From: Octopus bimaculoides
Lineage: Eukaryota
Direction of reading: 5' to 3'
NCBI RefSeq assembly: GCF_001194135.2
Contig: NC_068990.1
Span: 70,371,185 to 70,435,184 of the forward strand
Length of the DNA stretch: 64,000 nucleotides
Under the pieces are notes generated by a model that saw only the letters and a list, made by a program, of their open reading frames with translations, was not told the origin of the DNA and searched no databases. Position numbers and translations under genes: made by a program. The first letter of the stretch is position 1; the number at the start of each line of letters is the position of its first letter. Shown here in pieces: positions 26,292 through 39,095 of the stretch.

Positions 26292-26294
<3 letters not shown>

Positions 26295-26332
<38 letters not shown>
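26295..26332. repeat. (GA)n microsatellite
   Basis: Perfect GA run. Confidence 0.95.
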
Positions 26333-26339
<7 letters not shown>

Positions 26340-27739
26340 GTTGGTGCTGGCTGGATATTTTAAATATAGTTTACAGTTTAAGTGTCTTTTGTGCATCACT
26401 CTCAGCAAAATCTACAAGTGCCTTTGTTGATATTTAATTTCATTAAACAAACCTCTAATTTAAATATAATAAATACCAGTAATATACTTTCTTCTTTTAT
26501 TGGTTTCAGTCACTGGACTGCAGCCATGCTAGAGTACTGCATTCAGTGGTTTTAGTCAATTATATAAATCCCTTTCTTATTTCAAGCTAGTACTTCTTTT
26601 GCCAATTGATATTTTATAAAATTGAATTGATATAAAAGGATAAAAACCCCCTTCGGTCATAAATGACCATGGGATTGCACCTACAAAGTTATCCTCTGGG
26701 GCACAAGTCTGGGCAAGGTTACTTATGAAAAACCAGCGGCCTCCCTTCTCCATGCCACCAATGTTATCCAAGGGAAAGGCACCAGTGGCATTGCAACTTA
26801 TTTCTACAGCTGAATGAACTGGAGCAACATAAAATAAAGTGTATTGCTCAAGAACACAACACAGAGCCCGATCCAGGAATTGAACTCACTACCTCATATG
26901 AACCCAATGTTCTAATTCAATGTTCTAACCTCTAGTAGACCTAAACACATTCTAACACAGACACAATCTCATACATATACACACACAATCTCACAGAAAA
27001 AACATGTGAGTTTGTGTGGATTTCTTGAGGCAGATTTTTCTGTTGCCAACCCTTATCTGTTTCCAAGTAAGGTTTATACATTTCCTCATGACCAGACATG
27101 TTTTCACAGAAGATTGGAAACAAATGGCAATGTTTATGTGAGTGACAATGACACCTGTTTATATTGATCACATGCCAAGAGTAGGAGGCACACACATAAT
27201 ATAACATTATGTGTGTGTCTATGTGTGAAGGCATGTTGCTTAGTAGTTCAGGTATTGCACTCATGATCACAATATTGTGGTTTTGATTCCCTGACCAGAG
27301 AGTGCATTGTGTTTTTGGGCAGAACGCTTCATTTCACATTGCCACCAGTCCACTCAGTTGTAAAAAGACTGCATTGGACTGGCTTTCCTTTCAAGGGGAA
27401 TATGTTGGCCTGCCTACCAGTCAGTGGGATGACATTATTTGAAAGCTGCAACAATGTGATGAAGTGCATAGTGATCAAAGGTGTGTAACAACATCCAATA
27501 GTCTATAGTAATACGGTGACACACAGACACATATATATATATATATATCTTGTTTCAGTTATTAGACAGTGGTAACCATGTTGGTGAACCACCTTGAAGA
27601 ATTTTTAATCTAATAAAGTGACCCCAGTACTTATTTTTTTAAGCCTGATACTTATTCTATCAATCTTTTTTTCCCAAACTGCTAAGTTACTGGGATGTAA
27701 ACACACCAACACCAGTTGTTAGGCAGTGGTGGGGACAAA

Positions 27740-27769
<30 letters not shown>

Positions 27770-27771
<2 letters not shown>

Positions 27772-30415
27772 TCATCGTCATTTAACGTCCGCTTTCCTTG
27801 CTGTCATGGGTTGGACAGTTTGACTGAGGTCTGGAGAGCCAGCGGCTGCACCAGGCTCCAATCTGATCTGGCAATGTTTCTACAGCTGGATGCCCTTCCT
27901 AATGCCAACCACTCTGAGAGTGTAGTGGGTGCTTTTTACATGCCACCGGTACAGGAGCTAGTTAAGTGGGCCTGGCGTTGATCGTCTTTGGATAGTGTTT
28001 TTTATATGCCACTGGCATCAGCTATGTTCGGATGGTGTTTTTCACATGTCACGAGCACAGGATCCAATCGGGGGACACTGGCATCAACCATGTTAGGATG
28101 ATGCATTTTACAAGAGGCACTGGCCACAGCTATGATTTTGGGTTTACTTGACTCAACAGGTCTTCTTAAGCATATCATATTGCCCAACACATCGAGTATA
28201 CTCTTAAATGGGCCGGATATGCAACAGTGGCATCGGCCACGACTATGATCTCACTTTAGTTGACGGGTCTTCTCAATCACAGCATATCTCCAAAGGTCTC
28301 AGTCTCCTGTCATTGCCTCAGTGAGGCCCAATGATCGCAGGTCATGCTTCACCACCTTGTCCCATGTCTTCCTGGGTCTACCTTTTCCACAGGTTCCTTC
28401 CACAGTTAGTGCGTGGCACTTCCTCACACAGCTGTCTTCATCCATACATAACACATGACCATACCAGTGCAGTCGTCTCTCTTGCACACCACATTTGATG
28501 CTTCTTATGCCCAACTTTTCTCTCAAAGCACTTACTCTGTGTTGTCTATGCACACTGACATTACACATCCAGCAGACCATACTAGCTTCATTTCTTTCAA
28601 ACCTATGTGTCCTCAGCAGCCATGGCCCATGTTTCACTACCATGTAGCATGGCTGTTCACACTTGTGCATCATACAGTCTACCTTTCCTCCTGAATGAGA
28701 GGCTCTCAGTTGCCAGCAGAGGTAGGCGCTCCCTGAACTTTGCCCAGGCTATTCTTATTCTAGTAGCTACACTCTCAGAGTAACTAGCTCCACTACAGAC
28801 TTGGTTGCCTAGCTATTAACTACTTCTAGTTTTTCTTCCTGGCGTGTGATGGAATCTGTTTTCTGTACATCTTCAGTGTTTATTGCTCCTGTGCATTTGT
28901 CACACACAAATATTATCTTCCTGGTTAACCTTCCTTTGATATTGCTGCACCTCTTATGTGTCCATAGCTTACACTGGGTACATTGTATAGAGTTTCATAA
29001 ATCAGGTAGTCTTTTCTACAGATCGAGCAGGACCATCTACTTGAAGAAGTTTGTGATTCATCAGCCTTCTTACTTACTAAGATTTCGGTTTGTGCTAGGT
29101 TAACCCTAAGACTCTTTGATTCAAGACCTTGCTTCCACACTCTAAACTTCATCTCTAGTTCTGGCAGTGACTGGGCTATTAGAACAAGGTCATCAGCATA
29201 GAGGAGCTCCCAGGGGTAGTCTGTCTTGAATTCCTCTGATATTACCTAGAGGACTATAATGAATAAGTGGGGGCTGAAGACTGATACTTGGTGAACCTCT
29301 ACTTCTACCTGGAATTCTTCACTATACTTGTCAACCCTCACCTTACTGACAGCATCCCTGTACAGAGCTTGTTTAGCTCTTACCAACCTCTCATCTATCC
29401 CCAGTTTCCACATTGACCACCAGATAAGGGATTGGGGGACCCTGTCAAAGGCTTTCTCCAAGTCAACAAAAGCCAAGTACAGAGGTTTATCTTTGGCTAG
29501 ATATTTCTCCTGCAATTGCCTTACCAGAAATATAGCATCAATGGTGCTTCTACCTGGTACAAACCCAAACTGCATTTCCTCTAGGCTAACTCTCTCTCTA
29601 ATTAGTCGGGCTATGACCCTCTCTGTAATTTTCATCACCTGGTCCTATAATTTGATACCCTTGTAGTTATTTCTGTCTACCTTTGTAGCAGTTGACTATG
29701 GTGCTGCTACACCAGTCATTGGGTATGACTTCTTTATGAACTACCTGATTTATGATGCGGGTGACATGACCATAACCCACATCGCCCAATATTTTAAGCA
29801 TCCCAGCAGTGATTCTTGATGTTCCAAGTGCTTTCCCTGTCTTCATATCCTTAATTGCTTTATTTACCTAGGTACAGACAATTCAGATAGCTGATCCCTT
29901 AATTGGGTCAACTTTTGGCAGACACTCCTCCTCCCATTCATTCTCCACATTCAGCAGTTTTTCATAATGGCATCTCCAAGCCTCTTTCTTTGCAGAATCA
30001 TTAAACGTAAGGGCACCGTCACCCATGCGGACACATTTCTCTCCTATGACATCATGGTTTTCTCTCACACACTGTCTTGCAATCTGAAATACTTCAGTTC
30101 TTTGGTCCTCATGTTGTTGAACATTGGCAAACTTTTTCTTTTCTGCTACTCCCTTGGCTATACTTACCTGTCTCCTTGCTTCCCTTTTGACTATCTGATA
30201 CAGTCTCCTGCTACCCAACTCTTCCAGGCCTGTTTCTTTGCTCTAATGGCCCTGTCTACAGTATTGTTCTGCCACCATGTTACCCTAGGTCTGGAAGGGA
30301 CTTTGCACCACCCACAAATTTAGTCTGTGGTGCTCAGTAAGCTGTCTTGCAGGAACCCAGCTGCCTTCTGTATCACAGGACTGTAGCTCTTCCTCCCTAT
30401 CATCAAATTTCTTGG
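27770..30415 (-). mobile_element. 5'-truncated RTE-clade LINE with decayed reverse transcriptase
   Basis: EMQFGFVPGRSTIDAIFLVRQLQEKY...AFVDLEKAFDRVP (29246-29638), ELLYADDL near 29185-29210, C-terminal RRLHWYGHV...GKGRPRKTW (28299-28673), 3' UTR and (CAT)n tail; multiple frameshifts. Confidence 0.95.
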
Positions 30416-30944
30416 TAAATATATCCCTAAATCTCTGACAAAGAGGTTTCTGCAAAGTTTCTTTCTTCTACCAAAATTTTATCCTCAATATTATTCAACC
30501 CATGGCTATGAAAGACAAAACTTGCTCATTGCTTAAGATAGTGGGATCAAACATCCAAAGCCCTATTGTTGGGAATCTAACATGTTAACCACATGACTAG
30601 ATCTGCACCGCTCTCCTTTCCTGTTAACAATTAGTATTTTTCCTGGTGTAAAGAAATCTTTATTATTGATAGCTTTGAATTTTTCCCTGTTTAACAGGAA
30701 ACATTTTCCATCCCAACTTCACACATGAATGATTAACAGTTAAAGAAGGAAGAGGAGCATTCATCTGTAAAATCAGTTGCTCTAAGAAAACGTATGAGAA
30801 ACAGGTCACAGACCCTACCTTTTCTCTTTTCACAAAAACTAAAAACAGCAATGGAGAAAAAATTATAGGATGAGAAAAAATTTAGTGATTATTTGATATC
30901 AATTTTTAGACAGAATGTTTTTACTTATTGTAGTAATAATTTTA

Positions 30945-31095
30945 GTCCATTTTCACATTCTAAGTTCAAATTCCACTGGGGTCAACTTTGCCTTTAATTC
31001 TTTTGGGGTTGATAAAATAAGTACCGTTGAACACTGGGGTTGGTATAGTTGACTTACCCCCTCCCCAGAAATTGCTGGCTTTCTGCCAAAATTTG
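30945..31095 (-). mobile_element. SINE family B
   Basis: ttcacattctaagttcaaattccactggggtcaactttgccttt...gataaaataagtacc matches the family B body as written on the plus strand; orientation is therefore uncertain. Confidence 0.5.
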
Positions 31096-31765
31096 AAATC
31101 AGTAATTTTAGAAAACACATAAACACTACAATTTCCAATGTATTATCATTTATGTATTGGAAACATGTTCCACTACATCCTCCAGCTAGCAAGCCAATAA
31201 GGAGCGCCTTCAGTATCACTTGAGTTGCCTAAAATTGCAGCCAAATTTCCCTCAAACCACATTCTAATTGAAAAAAAAAAATGAAAAGAACAGGTGCTTA
31301 AAAAAATACAAGATTGTCAGCCTTTGATATCAACAAATACAAGATGATCACAGTGTTGCTACCTTTGATGTCAGTAAATATTTGTTTGATGAAAATTATT
31401 TGGAAAATGTTCTTGCCTATGGGGCTCTATCTTCTCACATCTCTTAAATAGGAAATTTCTTTTCAGATTTCTCCCTCACAGCATGTTGGCCTGCTTCTAT
31501 CTGATCCACATTTTACTTACTCTAAAATTTTGAAAATTCAATAATTACTTCTCTAATTGACTGCCTTCCAGAATTGTAATCGTGCACATACATACACTCC
31601 TCTGCATAGATGGTACCAGTCTTCATTCTGTTTTATCCTTGGTTACTAACATTCATTAGTAACCAAGACACTATACCTAACGTAGGCTACTTCCCTGGAA
31701 ACATCCTCTATCTCTAAAACAACAAACTAATCTCATTCATTAATTTTAAAAAAATAGTTGTTAAG

Positions 31766-32197
31766 TCATCATCATCATCATCATCATTTGAAATCCACTT
31801 TTCCATGCTTGCATGGATCAGTTGGAATTTGCTGAGACAGATTTTCTGTCTACATCTCCTTCCTATCACCAACCCTCACCTGTTTCCAAGTGAGGTGATA
31901 TTTCCCCATGGCAAGACATGTTTTTTACAGAGGAACATTGTTTGTATGATGGTGGCACCCATTTACAACCATCACATGATGTCAATACAAGGGCACCCCC
32001 ACCCCCACACACATGCATGCATGCACACACTTTCACACACACACACACACACACACAATGGGCTTCTTTCAGCTCCTGTCTACTAAATCAAGGCTTTGGT
32101 CAGCTCAAGGCTGTAGTAGAAGACACTTAGCCAAAGTGCTGCATGATGGGATGGAACCTGAGACCACTTAGAAAGCAAGCTTCTCAACCACACAGTC
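31766..32197 (-). mobile_element. RTE-tail-bearing short repeat followed by a SINE family A head
   Basis: (CAT)n tail, ttccatgcttgcatgg, accaaccctcacctgtttccaag, then family A body to aaccacacagtca; related pieces at 27040-27200, 42880-43290, 55745-55982. Confidence 0.7.
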
Positions 32198-32232
32198 ACA
32201 ATTTTATATATATATATATATGTGTGTGTGTT

Positions 32233-32263
<31 letters not shown>

Positions 32264-32539
32264 TTGTGTGTGTGTGCACAAATAGATGTATGACTGCTAT
32301 TGTTATGCTTAGAGTTCCTCATAGATTATTATAATTCACTCTTCTTCCTCTTAGTTAAGTAACTTCTATACTGGATGGTATTGCTACTTATGAACTACAA
32401 AGCAAATGTAGGAGAAATAAGGATAAACACAAGTTTATATTAAAGTTCTTATGTGTGTTTCACCATTATGGTTGCTTGGAGCCTTGTAATAGGTGTTCCA
32501 AACAACCATTATAAATATATATAGTGTGCGTGTTGATCG

Positions 32540-35500
32540 AAAATGGATTTTATTCTTCTTGCGAACATCAATTCTGCAGGAGACTTACCTGAATTTGTAC
32601 TTGGATTGGGGATCACTCCATATATTCTTAAGAAATTTGTCAGTGCTTCGTCGTTACTTAAATTCATTCCTCACTTTTCTTATCACTCTCTTAAAGGTTC
32701 CACAAATCTTTCTACCTGTCCATTTGTCTTTAGGCGGTAGGGTGGAGTGAGAATATGCTTTATTGCATACCTTTTACAGAAGTTTTTGAATTCATACCCA
32801 GAGAACTGTGTTCCGTTGTCTGAAACCAGTGTGTCAGGAACACCATATCGTGCAAACAATTCATATAAGAACTTTATAATTGTCTTAAAGGTTGGTCTAT
32901 AGCACTGGCAAACCTGTGGCCACTTAGTATAGCCATCCACTACGATTAGGTAGTAAGCGCTGTTCACAGGTCTGGCATAGTCAATGTGCAATGTAGACCA
33001 TGGGTTCTCCACTGCTAGTCACAATTAATATTTTACTGGCAGGGCTTTGACTGCGAGCACGCAACCTTGGCACGTTCTCGCCAAGTTTTTCATATCTTGA
33101 CCCATAGACAGCCAATAGACATCCTTCCTGGATGTCCACTGTGAAATTGTTGCAATACACCTTTATGAACTGTCGTTGGGCATACATTAGAATAGTGTTG
33201 CAAATTGAAAAACTACTGGCATCTGAATTTTTATTCTGTTTATTTTTTAAAGCTTCTTTTATTTTCATAATATACTCATCACCTACAGCTTTCATTCTTA
33301 TATCCTATGCTATCATTAGTAGTTCTTCGATAACGTTCATCATAATACTTTTAATTTCACTTTCTGCCTGCAGTGCAGCTATAACAGTCTCTTCTAGGTG
33401 GTTCCATATTTTTTGGAATTAATCTCAAAAGGCAGTCCACTTGGCCAATTTTTTTTCAATGGAATGTATTGCATTTTGAAATTATAAGTTAGTAATATTA
33501 CACTCCAATGTTGATGGTGGTTCGCAGTATGAGTTGGTAACCCTTTTTTAGACCCATAAATTGATGGTTTGTTTGTTATAAAATCTTATGCCATGCAGGA
33601 ACTTGTGAAATTTTTTAACTGCAAAAATAATTGCTAGGGTTCTCCTTTTCAATTTGACTATATCTCTACTCTACCACTATTAGCGAATGTGAAACATGAA
33701 CCACTGGTTTTGTACGTCCATCTTCATATTTATGAAGTAGAACTGCACCTAATCCATGCTCGGAAGCATCAGATGCTACAATGATGTCCATTTCAGGATT
33801 GTAATGTGCTAACAACAAGTCTGAGATGAGAATTTTTTTTATTTCTTCCACTTTATTCCTTTTTTTAATAAGTTGTTCAATGGAGCTCTTAACTTGTGCA
33901 TATTAGGAATGTAGTTTTGATAATAGTTTGCCAACACAAAAAATGCTTGTAAAGTTGGAATATTTGTTGGTGCAAGCATATTTCTTATTGCATTTGCCCT
34001 TTACAGGTCAGGATGTCTACCACTTTTATCACTTATTAATTAGGGGTAGAAAGATTTTGCATTTTTCTTCACTCGAAGTGAACCCCAAAACATTAATTTT
34101 CCTAAACACAGCTTTTAGGTGTTCCAAATGCTGTTCATGAGAATTACTCTTGATTAAAATATCGTCCAAGTACAGGATTGCAAATTCACAATTAGATAAC
34201 ACAGTATCCATGGTTTGCTGGAATATTGCTGGTGCCACTTTAAAACCAGAAGGTAATCATGTGTACCTGTACAATCCTCTGTGTGTACTTATTGTCAAAT
34301 ACTTTGAGCATTTTTCATTTACTTTTATCTGTAAATAGGCTTCAGACAGATCTAATTTGGAAAAACTTTTCCCACCATTTAACTTTGTAAAAACATCCTC
34401 TGCAGTCAGAAGTGGATGGTGGTATGTTTTTAAGCAGTTGTTCAATCCTGTAGTGAAATTGGCACACAACCTAATCTTTTTTTTTTAATACATACTATAG
34501 GTGCCACCCACTTTGAGTAATCCACCTTTTTGATGACTTCACTCTTTTTGAGTCTGTCCAACTCTTCATCTACAGTTTCAATTGCCGTGAATGGTACTTT
34601 TCTGCTTGCTTTAAATACAGGTACAGCATTTTCACTTACTTGGAAATAGGCTTCCATCATTCTACATAGACCTAAATCCTCTGATAACACTTGTGAGAAT
34701 ATTTTTTTCAATTTTCTCTTCAGTTCCTCTGAAGACTTGTTTATTATGGGACTACCATTTATGTTATTGCAGTAAAGATTTATGGGGAAGTGCCATAAAT
34801 CGAATAGTTCAAACCAATCTGTGCCAAACAGATTGAATGTATTATCCACAACAAATATTTTGCTTTGCACGTCTCTCCCCGAAATGTTTTGCCCATGAAA
34901 TGTAATTTACCGCCTGTTACACCACACACTATTTTTGCTGTTTTACATGAACTTGGTTTACCAATTTTTTCCAAGTGAAAACACCTTAGAACTTTTTGCG
35001 TTTGAGTCTCGTAGTCTTGTTCTACAATGAGAACTTCTGTGTCCCAGCTTCTGACAACTATAGCACTTTTTGTTTTTAAACAGACAATCCTTTTTGTAGT
35101 GTAGGCTTCCACAACCATAACATGGATTGGGGCCTGACACTTTTTTTGATTGTGCTTCATGGGACAACACATTAGAGTTTTTGCAGAGTCTTTATCCTGT
35201 ATTGTTTTCACATCGTGTTTAAGATTTACCATAGTGTGACATCCTTCTACTATGGTCTGTAGAGATAAATCCAGGTTCACTTGCTCCATTTTCAAGAGAA
35301 TCCTTGCCCGAATTTCTCTAGCTTCAGGTGCTATAAGTCCTTGCATGAAGATAAATGATTTGTACATATCCTGAGTGAGATCCTAGAGTTTGAAATTTTT
35401 GCACATATGGTTGACTACTCCATCGTAGGTGATAAAATCATCCTCCTCATTTTTTGTTAAGTTCCAACACTCCATTCTGGTGTTGAATAATGAACTTCTG

Positions 35501-35950
35501 TCACAAAAACTTTTTGAAAGCAGTTCGACAATTTCTTGGAAACCACTCTCACTCGACTTTTTGGGAAGAATAAAGTTACAGTAATGCTCATGTTCGGCAG
35601 GAGCTACCTTGCATAGTAAAAGCCTTACTTTCTGCTCTTCTGACCTTGACTTGTAGTTGTTGTTAAAAATTTCCTCGTATCTTACGCAGGAAACGTAATA
35701 TTCCCCTCTGGATTGTACATAAATTCAGAAATTGTGTTAGCCATGCCATCTGATATAAATGAGCTTACTGGATTTTTGAACTTCACCGACTGTAACTCAG
35801 TTAATTGTTGTTGTTGCAGTATTTGTTTTTGCAACTTCTGTAGGTGTTCCTGTTGCTTCTCTTGAAGCTGTACTATTGCAGCTAGTTGGTTTTCCATGAT
35901 GCAGAAATTGTCAAATAACCTATGTGAGTTTTAAGCAATCCTCGTCGCTA
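32540..35950 (-). mobile_element. Decayed Ty3/Gypsy (Mag-like) retrotransposon internal region: gag, RT, RNase H, integrase
   Basis: PBS-like TAGCGACGAGGAT (35938-35950); gag N-terminus (35682-35897); two zinc knuckles CYGCGSLHYKKDC and CYSCQKLGHRSSHC; RT FSKLDLSEAYLQI and YLDDILI; RNase H IVASDASEHGLGAVL; integrase PWSTLHIDYA...DTLVSDNGTQF...NGQVERFV. Many stops and frameshifts. Confidence 0.95.
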
Positions 35951-36499
35951 GATGTTATCTCATTATAGATAAACAAATACACTGCAACAGTGTAATAACA
36001 ATATAATCAAAACAAATAGCAGTAACCACATGGAATGTATCTTGCTTGACTTGCTTGTTATAGTAGTCAAACCTTTGTAAAATCAATTTTTAAATAAAAG
36101 GAAGGACTCATTCAGAAATGTAGATGATAGGAAGGAGTGCAGGGTACATTGAAACCTGCACTTCAAAGTTTCAGCTTCTACTTTTAGAACCAGAAAATGT
36201 TTCAATGCTGAACAGCAGCTGACCTTCCATACAGCAAAGTGTGACACAGATTAGTGTTCTATTTATAGATCTGAAACATGGGAAAGCTGCTATGTATATA
36301 ATATAAACAGTTTGCATCCACCCACACTTTTAGAGAAGGCTACCTGATTATTAATTAGTAATTCTTCATTCATCAAAATGCTACAATCATTAGCCATCTG
36401 TACCCCTCCCCATGATCTGACACCATTTTCTCCTGCTCAACAATGGTTCTTACTACCCTGAGATGGGTTCCACATTGACAATAGCTCCCTTGATACACT

Positions 36500-36780
36500 T
36501 AGATATTCTCTCTCTTCCCTTCTCTCCTTTCTCCCCACTCTCTTTCTTTCTTTCTTTCTCTCTTCCTTTTTCTTCTTTCTCCTCTCTCTTCTTGCCCCTC
36601 ACTCCCTCTCTTTCTCCCCTTTTCTCCATGTCTCCCTCTATCCATCATCCCTTCTCTCCTTGTCTCTCTCTCCCCTTCCCTTTCCTCCCCTCTTTCCATC
36701 TCTCTCTCTCTCTCTCTCTCCTATCTTCTTCTCTCTCACTCTCTCTCTCTCCTATCTTCTCTCTCACTCTCTCTCTCTCA
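36500..36780. repeat. Long polypyrimidine (TC-rich) low-complexity tract
   Basis: About 280 bp almost purely C/T on the plus strand. Confidence 0.9.
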
Positions 36781-37379
36781 AAACATCATACTTTTTGCTA
36801 AACCTTCCTTTCTAACCTGAAATGCAAATTTCTGAATCTTACTTACAGTTTCATTCTACATATGAATCTAGAGAAATTTGAGTTAAATCAACAGTACTGA
36901 CTTTGCTGGCCTTAAAAAACCTGAATAGACTGTTAGCATTTCCTCTCTACCTTGCAATGGGGAGAGTGGGAGCTATTCACCATGCATCTGTGCATATATG
37001 CACAGGTCTGAGCAAGATTTTTTTTAAACGAAGACTAGAAGATACCCATGCATGTAGGTTTAGCCTAGCTCTGTGCCACTGATGTTTATCAAAAAGAAAA
37101 GCCACTGACTTAGACCAGTATAGCTTGGCACAAGTGTTGTCAGAACACAAAGAAGCAGAACAGACACCACATCTTGCTTCATTCTCTAGCAGTTCTACCA
37201 ATCCACTGTTCACAATTGATACTTTTTTTTTTATTAATTGAGCCCCAAAAGGAGAAAAGGCAAAGTTGACCTCAGGTGGATTTGAACCCAGAGAGCGGAA
37301 AGTTAAAGTAGAAACTCTGAATCATTCTATTCAGTACACTTACAAGTCTGCCAATTCACTACCAAATCTATTATTATCA

Positions 37380-37760
37380 AGGTGGCAAGATGGCAGAATT
37401 GTTAGCATGCCAAACAAAATGCTTCATGGCATTTGTTTCAGCTTTATGTTCTGAGTTCAGTCGTCTTTGTCTTTCATATTTTCAAGGTGAATAAAATAAG
37501 TACCAATTGAGCACTGTGAACAATGTAATCGATTGGCTCCTTGCCACAAAATTTCAGGCTTTGTGCATAAGATGATGAGTTGACAGATTGGTGAGCATGT
37601 TGGACAAAATGCTTAGTGGCATTACTTTTGACTTATATTCTAAGATCAAGTTTCACCAAGTTGACTTTGCTTTTGATTCTTTCAGGGTTGATAAGATAAT
37701 GTACTAGCTAAGTACTCCCTTCCTCTTCCTAAAATTTCCTGGTGTTGGACAAAAATTTGA
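37380..37760 (+). mobile_element. Two tandem SINE family B copies
   Basis: ggtggcaagatggcagaattgttagc... and ttgacagattggtgagcatgttggacaaaatgcttag...; an inverted partial copy lies at about 37250-37350. Confidence 0.75.
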
Positions 37761-38151
37761 AATGTCGTTGTTTCTCCTTATCTTGTAGCTATAAAACTGA
37801 TATCAAGACAGAACTACGAAAATATAGTCTTTGGTCCATTCGAAGAACTAATGCTTCATCCTATGATTATCTTATGAATGTTCAGCTTGTCTGTAAATCT
37901 TTCATCTTCTAGATATTAAATCATCCCTGACAATTCTAAGAATTTTCATTTTTATAAAGAATTTGTATTTTCATTTATTCATTTATATATTTATTTATTA
38001 TGCTTACAAAATGTCTTTAGACTTATGAATTCACAGTTTAAATTCTGAATTTAATTTATATCCTTTATATATATATATATGTCAGTAAATGGTGGAGTTG
38101 TGTTAACCGCATGTGGAGAAATAATAGGAAACTAAAAAATAATAATAATAA

Positions 38152-39094
38152 TTGATTCTGGTTTTATTGGCCACAAGGGCTAATATAAATTAAAAACATG
38201 TAAGGACGAAGGTTACAAAGGGTTTTGTCCGAAAAGAAGAAAACGTTCATGTAAACAGTGGAAAAACAGAGAAAGATATAACAAATAAAACTCCCAATAG
38301 GGGGGGGGGGCTTCGAAAGGTTACATGTGGAAAAACCCATAAAAGCCACACGAGCCTGGTCAGGAAATAAAAAAGGGGTATAGAGCCCCTTCTCCTTTTA
38401 TATTACCTTTTTCTACAGGTGTATCCTCAGAATTGGTCTGTTCATACTGGCCATTCTTCCAACAGTCACCCATCTTTCAACAAATTTGCTATGAGACACC
38501 CCTTCCCTCTCTACTCTCATCTTCCTTTTCAAGTGGAACTTGAAAAAGTTGATGAAGCCTTGGCCAAAGAGGAAATTGTCTGACTTTAGCCCTTTCAAAC
38601 GGGTCCACCATACCACCATTTTCGCTACAGCCACTAGACATAGGAAAATTGCCTTGCCCTCCCGGTTAAAGGAGGTCGGCGGGTCAGTCTTCACGATGGA
38701 TTCAGCTGATAGCCGGATCTGTCCTACACATGACAGTAGCTGTTCGACATAAATCCATAGGTCAGCAATACTCGGGCACTGGATGAGTGCATGCAGAACG
38801 GTTTTGTCATCCTGAGTGCACCTTGGGCAGGACTGGCTGACGGCACTTCCGTGCCAGTAGAGTTCATTTCAAATAGGCAGCACCCCTCGGTAGCACTGCC
38901 AGGTGAGGGACCTTTAGAAGTTATCCATGGGCCCCGGCCCGAAAGTTCTTCTGAACAGACTGTTTAACTGATTATCTTCGACGCCCAGTTTCCCCGAGAA
39001 CATCATCGCACTTTTCCTCCACTAACCCTCTATAGAACGCTAGAGTGGAGCTACTACCGATCGCATTGCCCGCCTGACTGCAGGCGGTAAGAGC
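38152..39094 (-). mobile_element. 5'-truncated Tx1/L1-like LINE (C-terminal zinc finger and 3' UTR)
   Basis: Minus strand LAWQCYRGVLP...CPRCTQDDKTVLHALIQCP (zf-RVT-like), then FLCLVAVAKMVVWWTRLKGL...FFKFHLKRKMRVER; AATAAA and (ATT)n tail at the 3' end. Confidence 0.85.
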
Positions 39095-39095
39095 T

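Noticed and set aside
37789-37912. Good acceptor followed by an open frame YKTDIKTELRKYSLWSIRRTNASSYDYLMNVQLV
   Set aside because: No recognisable homology, no convincing donor, and it cannot be joined in frame to the UBA6 exon. Left unsupported, though spliced RNA reads could revive it.
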